A program made the position numbers and the translations under genes. The notes beneath the pieces are model-generated. The model was not told the DNA's origin. It searched no databases and saw only the letters and a program-made list of their open reading frames with translations. A DNA stretch of 57,163 nucleotides, the filler included, from Sphacelaria rigidula (lineage: Eukaryota): assembly GCA_964200075.2 (NCBI GenBank). It is 8 parts of 8 records of this genome, joined end to end, with 100 filler letters (N's around TTAATTAATTAA, not from the genome) between each part and the next. Parts side by side here need not be neighbours in the genome. Positions count along the whole stretch, not along the records: positions 1 to 7,058 come from CAXNAA020016711.1; positions 7,159 to 14,216 come from CAXNAA020016712.1; 6 more parts are not named here. One strand, given 5' to 3'. Shown here one piece after another: positions 1 through 10,749 of this stretch (its first letter is position 1; every line of letters begins with the position of its first letter).

Positions 1-147
1 CAAATAAGTCGCGTCGTGCAGCACCAAACCAGCTCTAACGGCATTTATGATCATCGCCTGCGTGCACTTTTTCGGCCGGTGGGGGGGGGGGCTATCTCGG
101 CAGCAGTCAAAAGTTGTAGACCGGCGTACAGAAGAGAAGGGACGACA

Positions 148-184
<37 letters not shown>
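148..184. repeat. (AC)n microsatellite
   Basis: Direct reading; one interruption. Confidence 0.95.
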
Positions 185-186
<2 letters not shown>

Positions 187-429
187 GGACGCTGGTTTTA
201 TCTCCATCGCCAGCAGTAGCCACGCGTGCGAGAGACACCCGACGTGAAGAGCTCGCACAGAGAAATGCGCGCAGCTATATCTCCCAGCACTTAGCCTAGT
301 GGGGAAACATGGAGCCATCGGCGGGAAGTACGGACCAGCGCTTTCCAGCACGGTGGCTTTGACGTGCAAGGTGCGTGGGCGTTGTAGCATGATCGGAACG
401 CGGACCATCTGTCCCATGAGAAGGAACGG

Positions 430-453
430 CAGCAGCAGCAGCAGCAGCAGCAG
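430..453. repeat. (CAG)8 microsatellite
   Basis: Direct reading. Confidence 0.95.
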
Positions 454-579
454 TACCGGCGCCAGCTGATTTGGACCGACCCCCAGTCGCGTACATCTAC
501 TGGCAGTAAAGATGCTGTCGCTTCTTCTCCTCCTCGTGCGGAAGGCGGTCCGCGTTTCGACCTTCGACAATACGCATAC

Positions 580-1268
580 TGTCATAATGAGGGGATATCT
601 AATGCACTGGCTGAGGTCTCTCAGTACGAGTACCAGGAGATACCATTGGGTCCAGCTAACCTAAGCTCCCACGTGGGCACAACGTACGACCTATAGCTAT
701 CCACCGAGAACAACCTCATAGTAGGTTCATCCATGTGCAGACTCTTGATTAGGAACTCACGTGTTTCATAGGATCATGTTATATCTACAAGCCTCTCTTA
801 CTCAGTATAGCCGGGGCGCAGCCATAGGAGCAGAGCATAGTGATGGCCCAGGGTAGAGACCAAGGCAAGCCGGTAAGCTATTGAGATGGGTCAACGCCAT
901 ATTGCGAAGCCGGAACAATCCCAACTAATGGCAATAGCAAACGCGGTAACAACGCTTCACGGAACTCAGGATCTACGAGCAGACCCGCACAGCGTATATC
1001 TTGAAACACCTCCGAGCTTCATCACACTAGCCCATCCTAGACGAATCCTTATGCAGTTGAATCATGATCACCTCGGCACAATGTAATTGCGCCGAGGAAT
1101 TTTATAAATCAACGAAAAAGGGCTCTTCTACACTACACTCCTCCAAAAGCATGAAGCGAAGAAAAAAATAATCACTCTCCCACACCTTTAAAAGGCGAGC
1201 ATCGCTGCGATCCGACACAGCATCAAACGTTCAATCCACAAAATGGAAAACGTTGTATCTACGTGACA
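580..1268 (-). repeat. Putative complete 3' LTR (TGTCA...TGACA, 689 bp)
   Basis: TG..CA termini with 5-bp terminal inverted repeat; first 168 bp duplicated at 4084-4251; the right boundary is inferred. Confidence 0.6.
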
Positions 1269-2918
1269 CTCACGCACCTATGTTTAACAAGACAACACAC
1301 ACGCAAGTCCATCCACAAAGTGAAGCACTAAATGGTACGCACGCGTAGACTTCTCTACCAACGGAACAAGGACGGAATGCCAGATAATCCGGGAAGAGGG
1401 AAGGGAAAATGCAGTTGGGGCATAGCATCGCGGCACCTGCTCTGGTCGGACGCAGATCCAAGTGAGCTCCACGTCTTCGTTCGACTCCGTCCCGACATAT
1501 CCGTCGCGTACAGCGAGAGTGGCACCCCGCTCGTTTCCGTGGCAGGGCGTTTGAAGTATCAAACCTGCCTTGAAAAAGGCGTGCAGCGTGAAGTACAATG
1601 CGATGGGGGGGGGGAACTACGCAACAACAGGGAGATGAAAGCGGGGATGCAACCGAAGTTCAGGTTTGATGTGCTCGAAGTGCGAAATTCAAAATCCTGC
1701 GAGAGTGGGCACGAGTGCATCCAAGACGACACTAAGGGTAAAAAGCCAAGGGTCATTGGTGATAACTTTTATTTCAGCCCGGCGGATCAACTATCGCGTG
1801 TCATGAGCAAAACTTGATGTCAATAAAAATAAGACAACTCGTCAGGACGCAATACCCAACTCAAAGCAATCGTCCGGTGGAGATACGGCCTACAACAAGG
1901 GCGGTATGATTGGTCATTCCCGGCGGAACGCTGGACCACGAACAACGGAACGACACAAGAGGACACACCCGTGTCGCCAGCTGACCAGGCTGCGCCACGG
2001 GATTGGGGTAGAACAAACAAGGGAACACATCCAGATGATTTGTCGAGATGCAGTTACTCACTTCAACCTGAAACAGTCGTCGGGCATCAGTACGGCCTAC
2101 AACCAGGGCGGTATAATTAGCAGTACACGGTGTAACCAAGGATCCGTGCAACAAGACGATGTAAGGGAATACTCCCGTGCGGCAAGCTCTCTTGGCTGGC
2201 GGCGGGGGGTTGAGCAGTGACAAAAACAAACACATCCAGAGAAGGAGTCATCAAAATTTCAAACATGTAGGAGGCTGGACTGAATCTACAGTCCTCTCAC
2301 CGCGTAAAGGAACCTCGAAGACAATAAAATAAAAAAGAACACTAGATGCTCAGGGGACACGGACAGAGATGCGACAGCGACAAGAAATGTGACTACGGGT
2401 ACTAGAAACGCCGTCACCAATAAAGCGAACTCAGAATAAAGAAACACGATACCAAAACCTGTGAGGGGCTACAGTACAGCAGGGGGAGGGGGGGGGGCTA
2501 CGATCTGATATTTGACCAGATCGGATTAGGGTTCTGACATCCGCCAAGGTGAGCTCATCGCTCGCTGCATCGCCGAGAGATGCGGGCTGTGTGTCGTAGC
2601 AACTCAAGTAAAGCTTACGACACAACCGGTGTTGGGGGCTACGATCTGATATCTGACCAGATCGGGGGGGTGCTGGGAAGCAGCCAGGGCAGCGGCATAT
2701 CGAACGGGCACACGGGCTGTGTCCGAAGGCGTCTCTTCTACAAGGCAAAATGTTCGAGCTCGAGTATAATTTCCACAGTACAGCAAAAGATTATACTTTG
2801 CACTGATAAGGGGGGACATGATGCGCTAGAAAACCCCGCGTGGTTACGGGGCCATTTCTCCTTCCTCGACAAGGGGCGGGGATCATCTGATACTGCAAGG
2901 AAAAGCTCAATCGGGCCG

Positions 2919-3146
2919 GACTGAAGTGATGTCAAACATCGTGGGGTGGTCACGCAAAACTTTTGGGCTTCCATCCGAGGGCATATTTTGTCGCTAAAAC
3001 CACAGTACTCCCGACGGGAGTCATCTGTAAATACAGGAAAAGGTCAATCAGGTCTGACTGAAGTGATGTGAGCAAACATCGAGGGGGTCGTCACGCAAAA
3101 CTCGTGGGCTTACATCCGAAGGCAAGTTTTGTCGCTAAAACCACAA
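2919..3146. repeat. Two-copy direct repeat (~88 bp) inside the LTR element
   Basis: gactgaagtgatgt...ttttgtcgctaaaaccaca at about 2920-3004 and 3057-3145. Confidence 0.85.
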
Positions 3147-3586
3147 TTCGTCAATTATCACGTGAGTCCTGAAAAGAGGCTTGACTTGTGGTACCGTTGA
3201 CGGGAAACAAAAAACATACACCATGACAAGCAAATCGGTCAGGCGTCGTTGTCCCACCCAGGATGGCGGAAATTAACTACGGTAGACTCGAGTCATTTGT
3301 GCCAACATCAACAACGCGACGTCCGGTATTACATGCGTGTGCTGTCACAGGGTGATGCTGTAGTCTCCACGACTGACGGTTCAGCTTCCCACACCTCAGA
3401 ACCATGCTGCGCGGTGGGGTACCGCAACACACAAGAGGGCGCCGGGGGGGGAAGGGGAGGGGGTTGCGCATCCACTAATATCTGGGGTGCTCGCCGAGGT
3501 ACAGGGGGGGGGATTGAATTCGGCACAAGGCAAATCAACCATATTCTACTACAGCATGACCGGCGGGCACACAGTTTGCACATGGC

Positions 3587-3628
3587 ACAGTGGCGCGTGC
3601 GATACTCTGTTCGAAAGCAGAGTGGACA
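3587..3628 (-). pseudogene. Degenerate Gag CCHC zinc knuckle
   Basis: C-PL-C-FRTE-Y-RTRH-C fits CX2CX4HX4C with H->Y (one C>T change), about 440 bp downstream of the PBS. Confidence 0.6.
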
Positions 3629-4063
3629 CACTGTAGTGAGACAGAGTTACGGTTGGCTACATGCACAGGGTGGAAGTTGAACGCAGTTCCGGCCAAATCG
3701 ACGCGTGGTCGGGAAACCAACAAAGTGCGTCACCATGGCACCCACACGGACAGAAACAAGCGGGAACAGGACCAAGGGCAGCTACAGCAAATCGCTCATC
3801 AGCTAAAATCAGTGCACCAACGGAGGGGCAGATACGTATTATCAATACGCGAAGCGGGGGCAACGTACAGCAGTCTTCACTACCATTGTACAATGCAACC
3901 GAGCCCAGAGTGAGCGGACGCCCACGACAATCAGAATAGACCAGGGGCGCCTCACGAAGTACAAGTAAAAAACGCAGAAAAATAAAAGCGAGTTACTGAC
4001 TACAGCTTGAGCAAAAAACACAACGCCAAGCAACATGAAGACGTCCTAACCACGCAGAACAAG

Positions 4064-4081
4064 GTCCGTTTATCGACGCCA
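4064..4081 (-). promoter_or_regulatory. Primer-binding site (probably tRNA-Ser type)
   Basis: Minus strand reads ...cataaCA-gt-TGGCGTCGATAAACGG; TGG follows the LTR end; tRNA identity is inference. Confidence 0.6.
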
Positions 4082-4083
4082 AC

Positions 4084-4251
4084 TGTTATGATGAAGGGAT
4101 ATCTAATGCACTGGCTGAGGTCTCTCAGTACGAGTACCAGGAGATACCATTGGGTCCAGCTAACCTAAGCTCCCACGTGGGCACAACGTACGACCTATAG
4201 CTATCCACCAAGAACGATCACATAGTAGGTTCATCCATATGCAGACTCTTG
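4084..4251 (-). repeat. Truncated 5' LTR
   Basis: High identity to 580-747, ending abruptly where a dispersed repeat (ggtcaaacgacgaaggcaagca...) begins. Confidence 0.8.
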
Positions 4252-5745
4252 GTCAAACGACGAAGGCAAGCAACACATGAGAACGCCCCCTTGCGCGTGA
4301 TTGCCGCCCTGCTTCAAGTCGCTGGTGGTCTGTTCGCGTGCTGTTACCGTCACTGTTGTATCACTTCTTTCCCACCCTAGATTAGAGCGGCACGTGATTT
4401 CTCGTGATAATGAAGTTGTGAATCGTCGCTTCACCATTACTATGACCACGAAATGATCACCATTTCCCCTGTTTCGTCAAAACCCCGCCTAAATCCAATC
4501 GTTTCTTATTGTACCACGAAATAACTCCAATAGTTTCCCATTGTCCCCCATGTCCCGTCTGCTACTGACTGGACGAACATCCATATTCTAGAGCTAGCTG
4601 CACGCTACTGAACGTTGACCCACTCGTGTTGTGTAACATGAAAGTTTTGACAGTTGAGCCTTTGAAAGAGTTAATTGTATCTCGCTAGGGAAGTCTCACC
4701 CCTGATACGCGAGCCCCAACCCAAATCTCAGTTCTCGGATTACGTTTCTCCTTCATTCCGTGGATTTGGATGAGTCGTCGGCGGAACGACGGAGGCTGGG
4801 GTGTGGTCGACGTGGCGAAGTTCGTGAACACGTTGGCATGTACAAGTATATATTTAGTTAGAAGGGTCTTACCTGCTTGCCTGGCGGATGGAGTGGTTGG
4901 ACACGGTCTCGGTCAAGCGAAACGGACGAAAAACAGGGGGAACTTCCCAGAAAACGTGTATGAGCAAATTTGGGAGATTAGAAGACGACGTGGGCGTTGT
5001 GAGTGTTCTTGATTGAACTTGGCGCAGTCACGGCAGGATCGGCGGTGCTAGTGTTGTGTGTAGATGCTCGCTCGAGAGAGTCAAAGTTTGCGGTCGGTAC
5101 CGTTAGTATGGTACAATGGAGGATATGCACGCGGTCGTCCGTGCGGTGAGAGAGCCAACGCTGTTTTGCTCGCTCTGTTGAGGCGAGCACGTCGGAGTTC
5201 GGAGTCACGAGAGATACCGAGGCCCCAGCGGTGGTGTGGATCGCTTGAAACCTTGTGGAGAAAGAGAGCCAGACTGTTGAGAAAGAGAGCCGGAGCGCCT
5301 CGGAGGACTTTGTTTCTCCCTCATAAAACTTTCATGTGTGATCGGCTACTACACCGATTTCTCGTGTGTAGCCACTGCGAATGCAGGCGCCTGATCGAAC
5401 GCGTCGCGTAGGGATATGTTGCCAGAAGGTATATTCTGTGTGTCGTCAGTGCGGGTGACTTCTGTGGTTCCAGTGGGGAAGGGAGAAATGGCTGTGATAC
5501 GACAGGAGGGAGGAGGATATACGTGATAGTGGGAAGGGAGACGCGTCGCCTTAGCCGAACAAGTTTCCCGATAACTTTCCGCGCTCGTTTTCTTTTGCCC
5601 ATATTATTCGGTGTAGTGACGCATCGTGCTATATATTCGCTGGTCATCACTCTATGAGAATGCTGTTCCGTAACTCGTTACTGTTTGAAATACTGGCCGG
5701 TGTTGTGTGGTACTGTCCTCGAGACAGACAAACTACTTTCCCTGT

Positions 5746-6042
5746 TTATATTGTGGCAGTATTTCGTATAGACGATAGTATCGAGGTATACGTCAACGTT
5801 GAGGGATCTACCCCACATGGCGTCAAACCAGCGGATAAGCGTTTGACCGGGCTCTTGAGTAGATGGTGTCTGTCCCTTGGGAAGACGATGACCAAGATGA
5901 TGTGCAGATCACGGCCCAACTCGTCTGCATCGATGAGATATGGCTGTGACGGTTGATGTCCGTCTCCAGGCAAACTCAGTTCGTATACAGTACCTACTTC
6001 GCCTATTGAGGCTACCGTTGGAACCATCTCTCGGTAAGACAA
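5746..6042 (-). pseudogene. Unassigned degenerate coding relic (VYEL...YLIDADELGRDLHII)
   Basis: Homologous to about 21560-21691(-) in another contig, with several synonymous third-position differences in this frame. Confidence 0.5.
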
Positions 6043-7058
6043 GATATGTTTCTGTTACAGATTTATTAGTCATTTTCCAGCCGACTAGTCTCCATGATGT
6101 ATCATATTTTTTTGTACTTGGTATCTGATGGATCATACTACATTTTTTGTCCTAGATTTGGCGGTCGCCTCCTATGTGTTCACAGTCTCTTGCGTACTCG
6201 TCCCAAAACACTTTAGCAGCTACTAGCCTGTTCGCCGATTAAACAAGAAGCATCTTCGCCATCTACGGACTGCGATATCAGAGGTGTCTCTGGTCTTCTT
6301 CTAATGTATGCCTGACTTCCCTGCAACGGATGTTGTTCTGACATCCTTGCTGGCCAGGTGGATGCCACCCGACTTTATGAACATCTGTTGTGTCTGAATT
6401 GAGCATCTCTACAGACAATAGGAAGATTTGTACCACACGGAATGTCATGATCCAGAGCGTGTGTCAGTACAGATCGATGTTTGTTTAACGGCGCAGAAGC
6501 TGCGTAGTAGGTCATGATGTAGAATTGAGCGCCCCCGCGTGTCAGCACATCCATGCAGCGACGTCTCACGCACTCTGGGCTGCAGATACGCCGTTTTCAG
6601 GGCGTATGGGCGGCACAACCCAAAATCCGTGTTCGCTCTGTGTAGAATTCGCCCGCCCCTTCAAGTGACGCCGAACAGCGTATATTGTCCGTATTGTGCT
6701 GTACCACCGTGCCAAGTTTGAAACCGGTCCGGGTGAACACGGTGGAGAAATCCTCAAACAAAGTGACGCTTCAAAAGTTGAAAATGCAGTACTGAACAGT
6801 GCAAAGATACATGATATGCGGTTACGCCGCATTCGCAGATGCGGTAAGTTACCGCCGTCCTATTTGCACCCCTTTGGCCACCCACCACCCAGTACGATGG
6901 CAACAAGTGCAGGGTCCGCGAACGCGTCGGGTCTTGGATGCGATAGCTCACTCTCCAATGGTTTCTTGTACTCATGGTGTGTACTGTAGCCAAAATACAC
7001 CAAGGCGTAGTAGATGTGGCATGTGTAGGATCCTGGATGATGACCAGGGGACAAGGGC

Positions 7059-7158
7059 NNNNNNNNNNNNNNNNNNNNNNNNNNNNNNNNNNNNNNNNNN
7101 NNTTAATTAATTAANNNNNNNNNNNNNNNNNNNNNNNNNNNNNNNNNNNNNNNNNNNN
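7059..7158. other. Artificial contig linker (N44-TTAATTAATTAA-N44)
   Basis: Identical 100-nt cassette with six-frame stop oligo; flanking contigs both 7058 bp. Confidence 0.98.
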
Positions 7159-8267
7159 TTTTCCGACAACAAAGACGGCAGAATCTGCTAGCCTGCATGG
7201 GAGGTCGTGTGGCTTCTCTTCCTCCAGGTTGGCCCCCCCCCCCCCCCCCCCCCCATAGGATCTGAAGAAATCTTTTGTTTCGGTCCATCTTCCCTTGTCA
7301 TGAGCCAACAGGAGAAGAGTGATGAAAGGCTGATTTGAAGGACAAAATCAATTGAAGCAACATCAAACATAACGTGGTGCACACGGGTTGAAACAAGGAT
7401 CCATGTACCCTGATTTTGTGAGGAGAAATAATCGTGTTAAACCAATGCACTATAGCAGTCAAAGTTTGAACTTCGCATTTTCGATCGGGAGCGATTTTCT
7501 CAGGTTTTCCAGCTACCACGACACGATTTCTGTTTGGTCCCAAACTTGGGAATCGAGATACACGAGTACTCGACACAGGTCTCCAGAAACAAGATTTTTT
7601 CCCCTCGACCACATTTGAACGAGATATGCGCTCACCGGTCATGTTGAGTCCTACCAGTATACAGTCCCCGACTCTCGCTCTTTGATATTTCCGCTCGACC
7701 GAACTGATCCGGATCGTGACAGCGAACGATTTAATGGCTTCGTCGCGCCACAGCCGAAAACCGTGTTTTCGAGGTCATACACGGTCAACAACACCCCGTC
7801 GATAAACGGGGTTTTCCTCCGTGTTGTTCCGACAACACGAGACTGAGAAATATATCCTGAGCAGGACCTGCTTGCTTTCCCGACGCCTACCGACTCTCAA
7901 ACTTTCAAGTGCCGATGACAAATCGTCTGTGAAACAATCCCGACAAAGTGAAAAGCCATATATGAACTTTGACTACTGTAACAACACCAACAGCACCATC
8001 ATCCCGCCGACGCCTCGCCATTATCAAGACGGTCACGTGGCGAATGGAAGTTGTGTGTATGATGACTGCGCAAATTTGTGTAAAGTTTCAAGTTATGATC
8101 GTTACTTACTGTTGATGAAGTGGGAACGGCTGGTACTAAGGTGGATATCCAGCTACCAGGGGCGTATTGACAACAAGGGTTGTCACGGGAGGGCGGGGCG
8201 TGTGCTTTTTCCCGTTGCTGGAAAAGGTGACGGGACAGGATAGGTGCACAACGATTTAATCGGACGA

Positions 8268-8820
8268 TCAGTGCCGTTCTTGAACGATGGGAAGGAGGGT
8301 CCTTTTGCCTTTTTCTTCAAGTTCCATGCGTATCTTTTGTCCAAGTTCATTTGGCCTCTTTGAAAAGTTCACGACTGTTTTCCCATGGCGATGGTCGTCC
8401 TTCATTTTCACTTCTGGATAGAGAACACCCTCGAAAATCAGCACAGCTCCTCGGCTTCTACAGTTGAGTGCTCGTACAGCTCCGATGCTGCACGCACACC
8501 GAGTGCACTGCATGTGGACGATTTTCCTGTCACCGGTGATGATGATTTTGGGCGCTTTGTGCTGCTGGCAGGATACCATGTGGTGGCATGTGGAATGTAG
8601 AGGCGTGGGCCCCAAACCGTCCAGCTTCGGACCGTCCGGTTTTAGTCGTTCAGGTGGAAATGGAAGAGCGAATGGGAAGTACTGTATCTAAAAGTATCCC
8701 CATCGTTGAGAACGGGCAACCAGCGACAGGATAACTCTCAACCCGGCCGAAGGAGTACACACCCCATTCATTTGGTATACGGTTCAAACTCAACAACAAC
8801 CGGCTGACCTCCCGATCTTG
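8268..8820 (-). pseudogene. Cys/His-rich relic, GCM/WRKY-like Zn-binding domain, probably transposase-derived
   Basis: Pattern TCHHMVSC...QCTRCAC...NCRS...DHRH resembles the GCM-type C..C / CxxC / C / HxH layout; frame broken upstream; no splice signals recognised. Confidence 0.35.
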
Positions 8821-9480
8821 TACAGGTACCCTCTATGATGATCGTGACGTTTTATGTGAGCACTAACTGTACCGCATTAAAAGGTACCGCTGAAAATAGG
8901 GCACGATGTTTCGTGTTGAGCGTGTCTCATATCTGGCAAATATCAAGTTGCGCTTGGATCCTTTCGATTTCGTCCCACAAGGATTCAAGTTGTAAATAAA
9001 AGTCGATCCATTTCACCCGGCAACGATCAAAGTTACACATGGAGTCCATCATTTCGTTTTCCGAAAGTCGACGGCAACTTTTTCCCCGTTCACGGACGTC
9101 CCGCGAGGATGGGAAGAGACGTCCCGTGATGTACAGCGGAGAACAGCCACAGTTGTCCTGTGAGAACTTGACGTGAAGGGTAGTTTTCCCGTCGCCTGAA
9201 AAAACGGCGGGGCGGAAGGGATGGTCGGGAATTCGTTGGGAGGGGACAGGAGGGGACGGGAGGGGAAGAGAAGTGTGACACTGAAATTTGTTCGGGGCGG
9301 GGCGAGCCATCTTGTCTCGCTCCCACGAATGTTCCGAAAGATCCCCACCCCCTCGTCATTCCGCGTCTGAGCTGCTTGTCTCCATACTAATATTTTGCCC
9401 AACCTTTGAATATTAATACCCCCGCCCCCCCCGCCCCCCCCAACCCCGCCCCACCATCCTTCGGCCTCCCAAACCAACAG

Positions 9481-9809
9481 CGATCGTTGAAGCCGGCGAT
9501 GTGGATCCCAGGTCTGCGCTACCCCCACAACTGGTGGGAAACATGGGCGGTCGAAACGGCAGAACCAGAGGAATGCATCAAAGACATGGGTCGTGCCATT
9601 CAAAACGTGGCCGATTCGGCAAGAGCGCCTGAGGGTGTAGGGGGAGGGTCGATGCTTTTTCACTTGGCTTCGTTGCGGTACGATGCGGATGAGCGAACGG
9701 GCTACGCGACCATGCTTTGCATGACAAAAGCGCGATGGGTGGATATCGTGGAACTGAAGGTGTTGAAGCCGGAGGACGGTGGGGCGGGGAGCCGAGTGCA
9801 AGCTCACGG
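9481..9809 (+). CDS. First coding exon of a hypothetical protein (ATG at 9499; MWIPGLRYPHNWWETW...TKARWVDIVELKV...AHG)
   Basis: C-rich tract plus CAG acceptor at 9480; donor GG|GTGAGA at 9810; protein-like composition; WVDxVE weakly recalls DUF1499-like proteins; downstream exons not found. Confidence 0.65.
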
Positions 9810-10749
9810 GTGAGATAGGGAAGGGAAGAGGGGCGACGGCAAGGATAAACGGAAAAAAGACAGATCTCATGCATATATTTCGAAGTGGTTACAGATGAAG
9901 CGATACGGATTGAGGCAGACGGACGCGAGAACGATTGACCGTGAACTTGCATAGTGAGTAAGTAGGTATGGCTTTTCCTAAGGGCGTTCGCTCTGCCTTA
10001 TTATTCAGTGTTTTGTCCATGTTGTTATTATAATTTTTGTTAATCGGAGTATTATTATGTACCGCGCACTAACAGCGCAGATTATGAGGTTGGACACGCT
10101 ATTTGATGCTGACGATCGCAACGAAGACATGGCCGGTATCGTTGGAAAAACTGACGATTGTAGCTATTCTTTGATGTACGTTTTGCGTTTCACGAGTTTC
10201 TTCTACGATCATGGCGACTGAATGAGAGTGAGCACCCCACGGTATAGTGGCCACATGTGCTTTTTTGTCCTTGATTCGGTTTTCACAGCCAACACGCAGA
10301 AAGCAGTTTCGTTAGAAACCCTTGAGCAAGACATGAAATTTGGTTGTTCCAAATCTTCGAAACTCGTCGCGGTATGTATGTAAACTGAAATTTTGATACT
10401 GCAGCAGCATGCTGCGGTGACAACAAGTTGGACAGGACTCGACAATCACATTTTCCGCCTCCTGATCATAACATTTGTGTCTGCAGGGTCTCGTTCGTGT
10501 CCATGCGAGGCATCGGCCGTTGCTTGTCGAAAACATTGCCTAACATTGAGGGTACCTCATTGTTGTGGCCAAAAGCTGGAGAAAATGTTCAAGAACTTGT
10601 GTGAACCTACAGTGTATGGCGCATCAATCACGGGCCTGCGTTCGCGCAACCGTCGCTTTCAGTTCTGGGGCCCCATCCGCCGCCTTGAGAGCGGTCCCAC
10701 CGACAAGAGACATTTTTTCACCCATTTCCTTGCAAGTTTTGCCGCCAAA

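Larger units (their letters stand above)
580..4251 (-). mobile_element. Non-autonomous LTR retrotransposon (5' LTR truncated)
   Basis: About 168-bp direct repeat at 580-747 and 4084-4251; PBS-like TGGCGTCGAT 2 nt after the LTR end on -; degenerate Gag zinc knuckle; no pol motifs recognised in the 2.8-kb interior. Confidence 0.75.
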
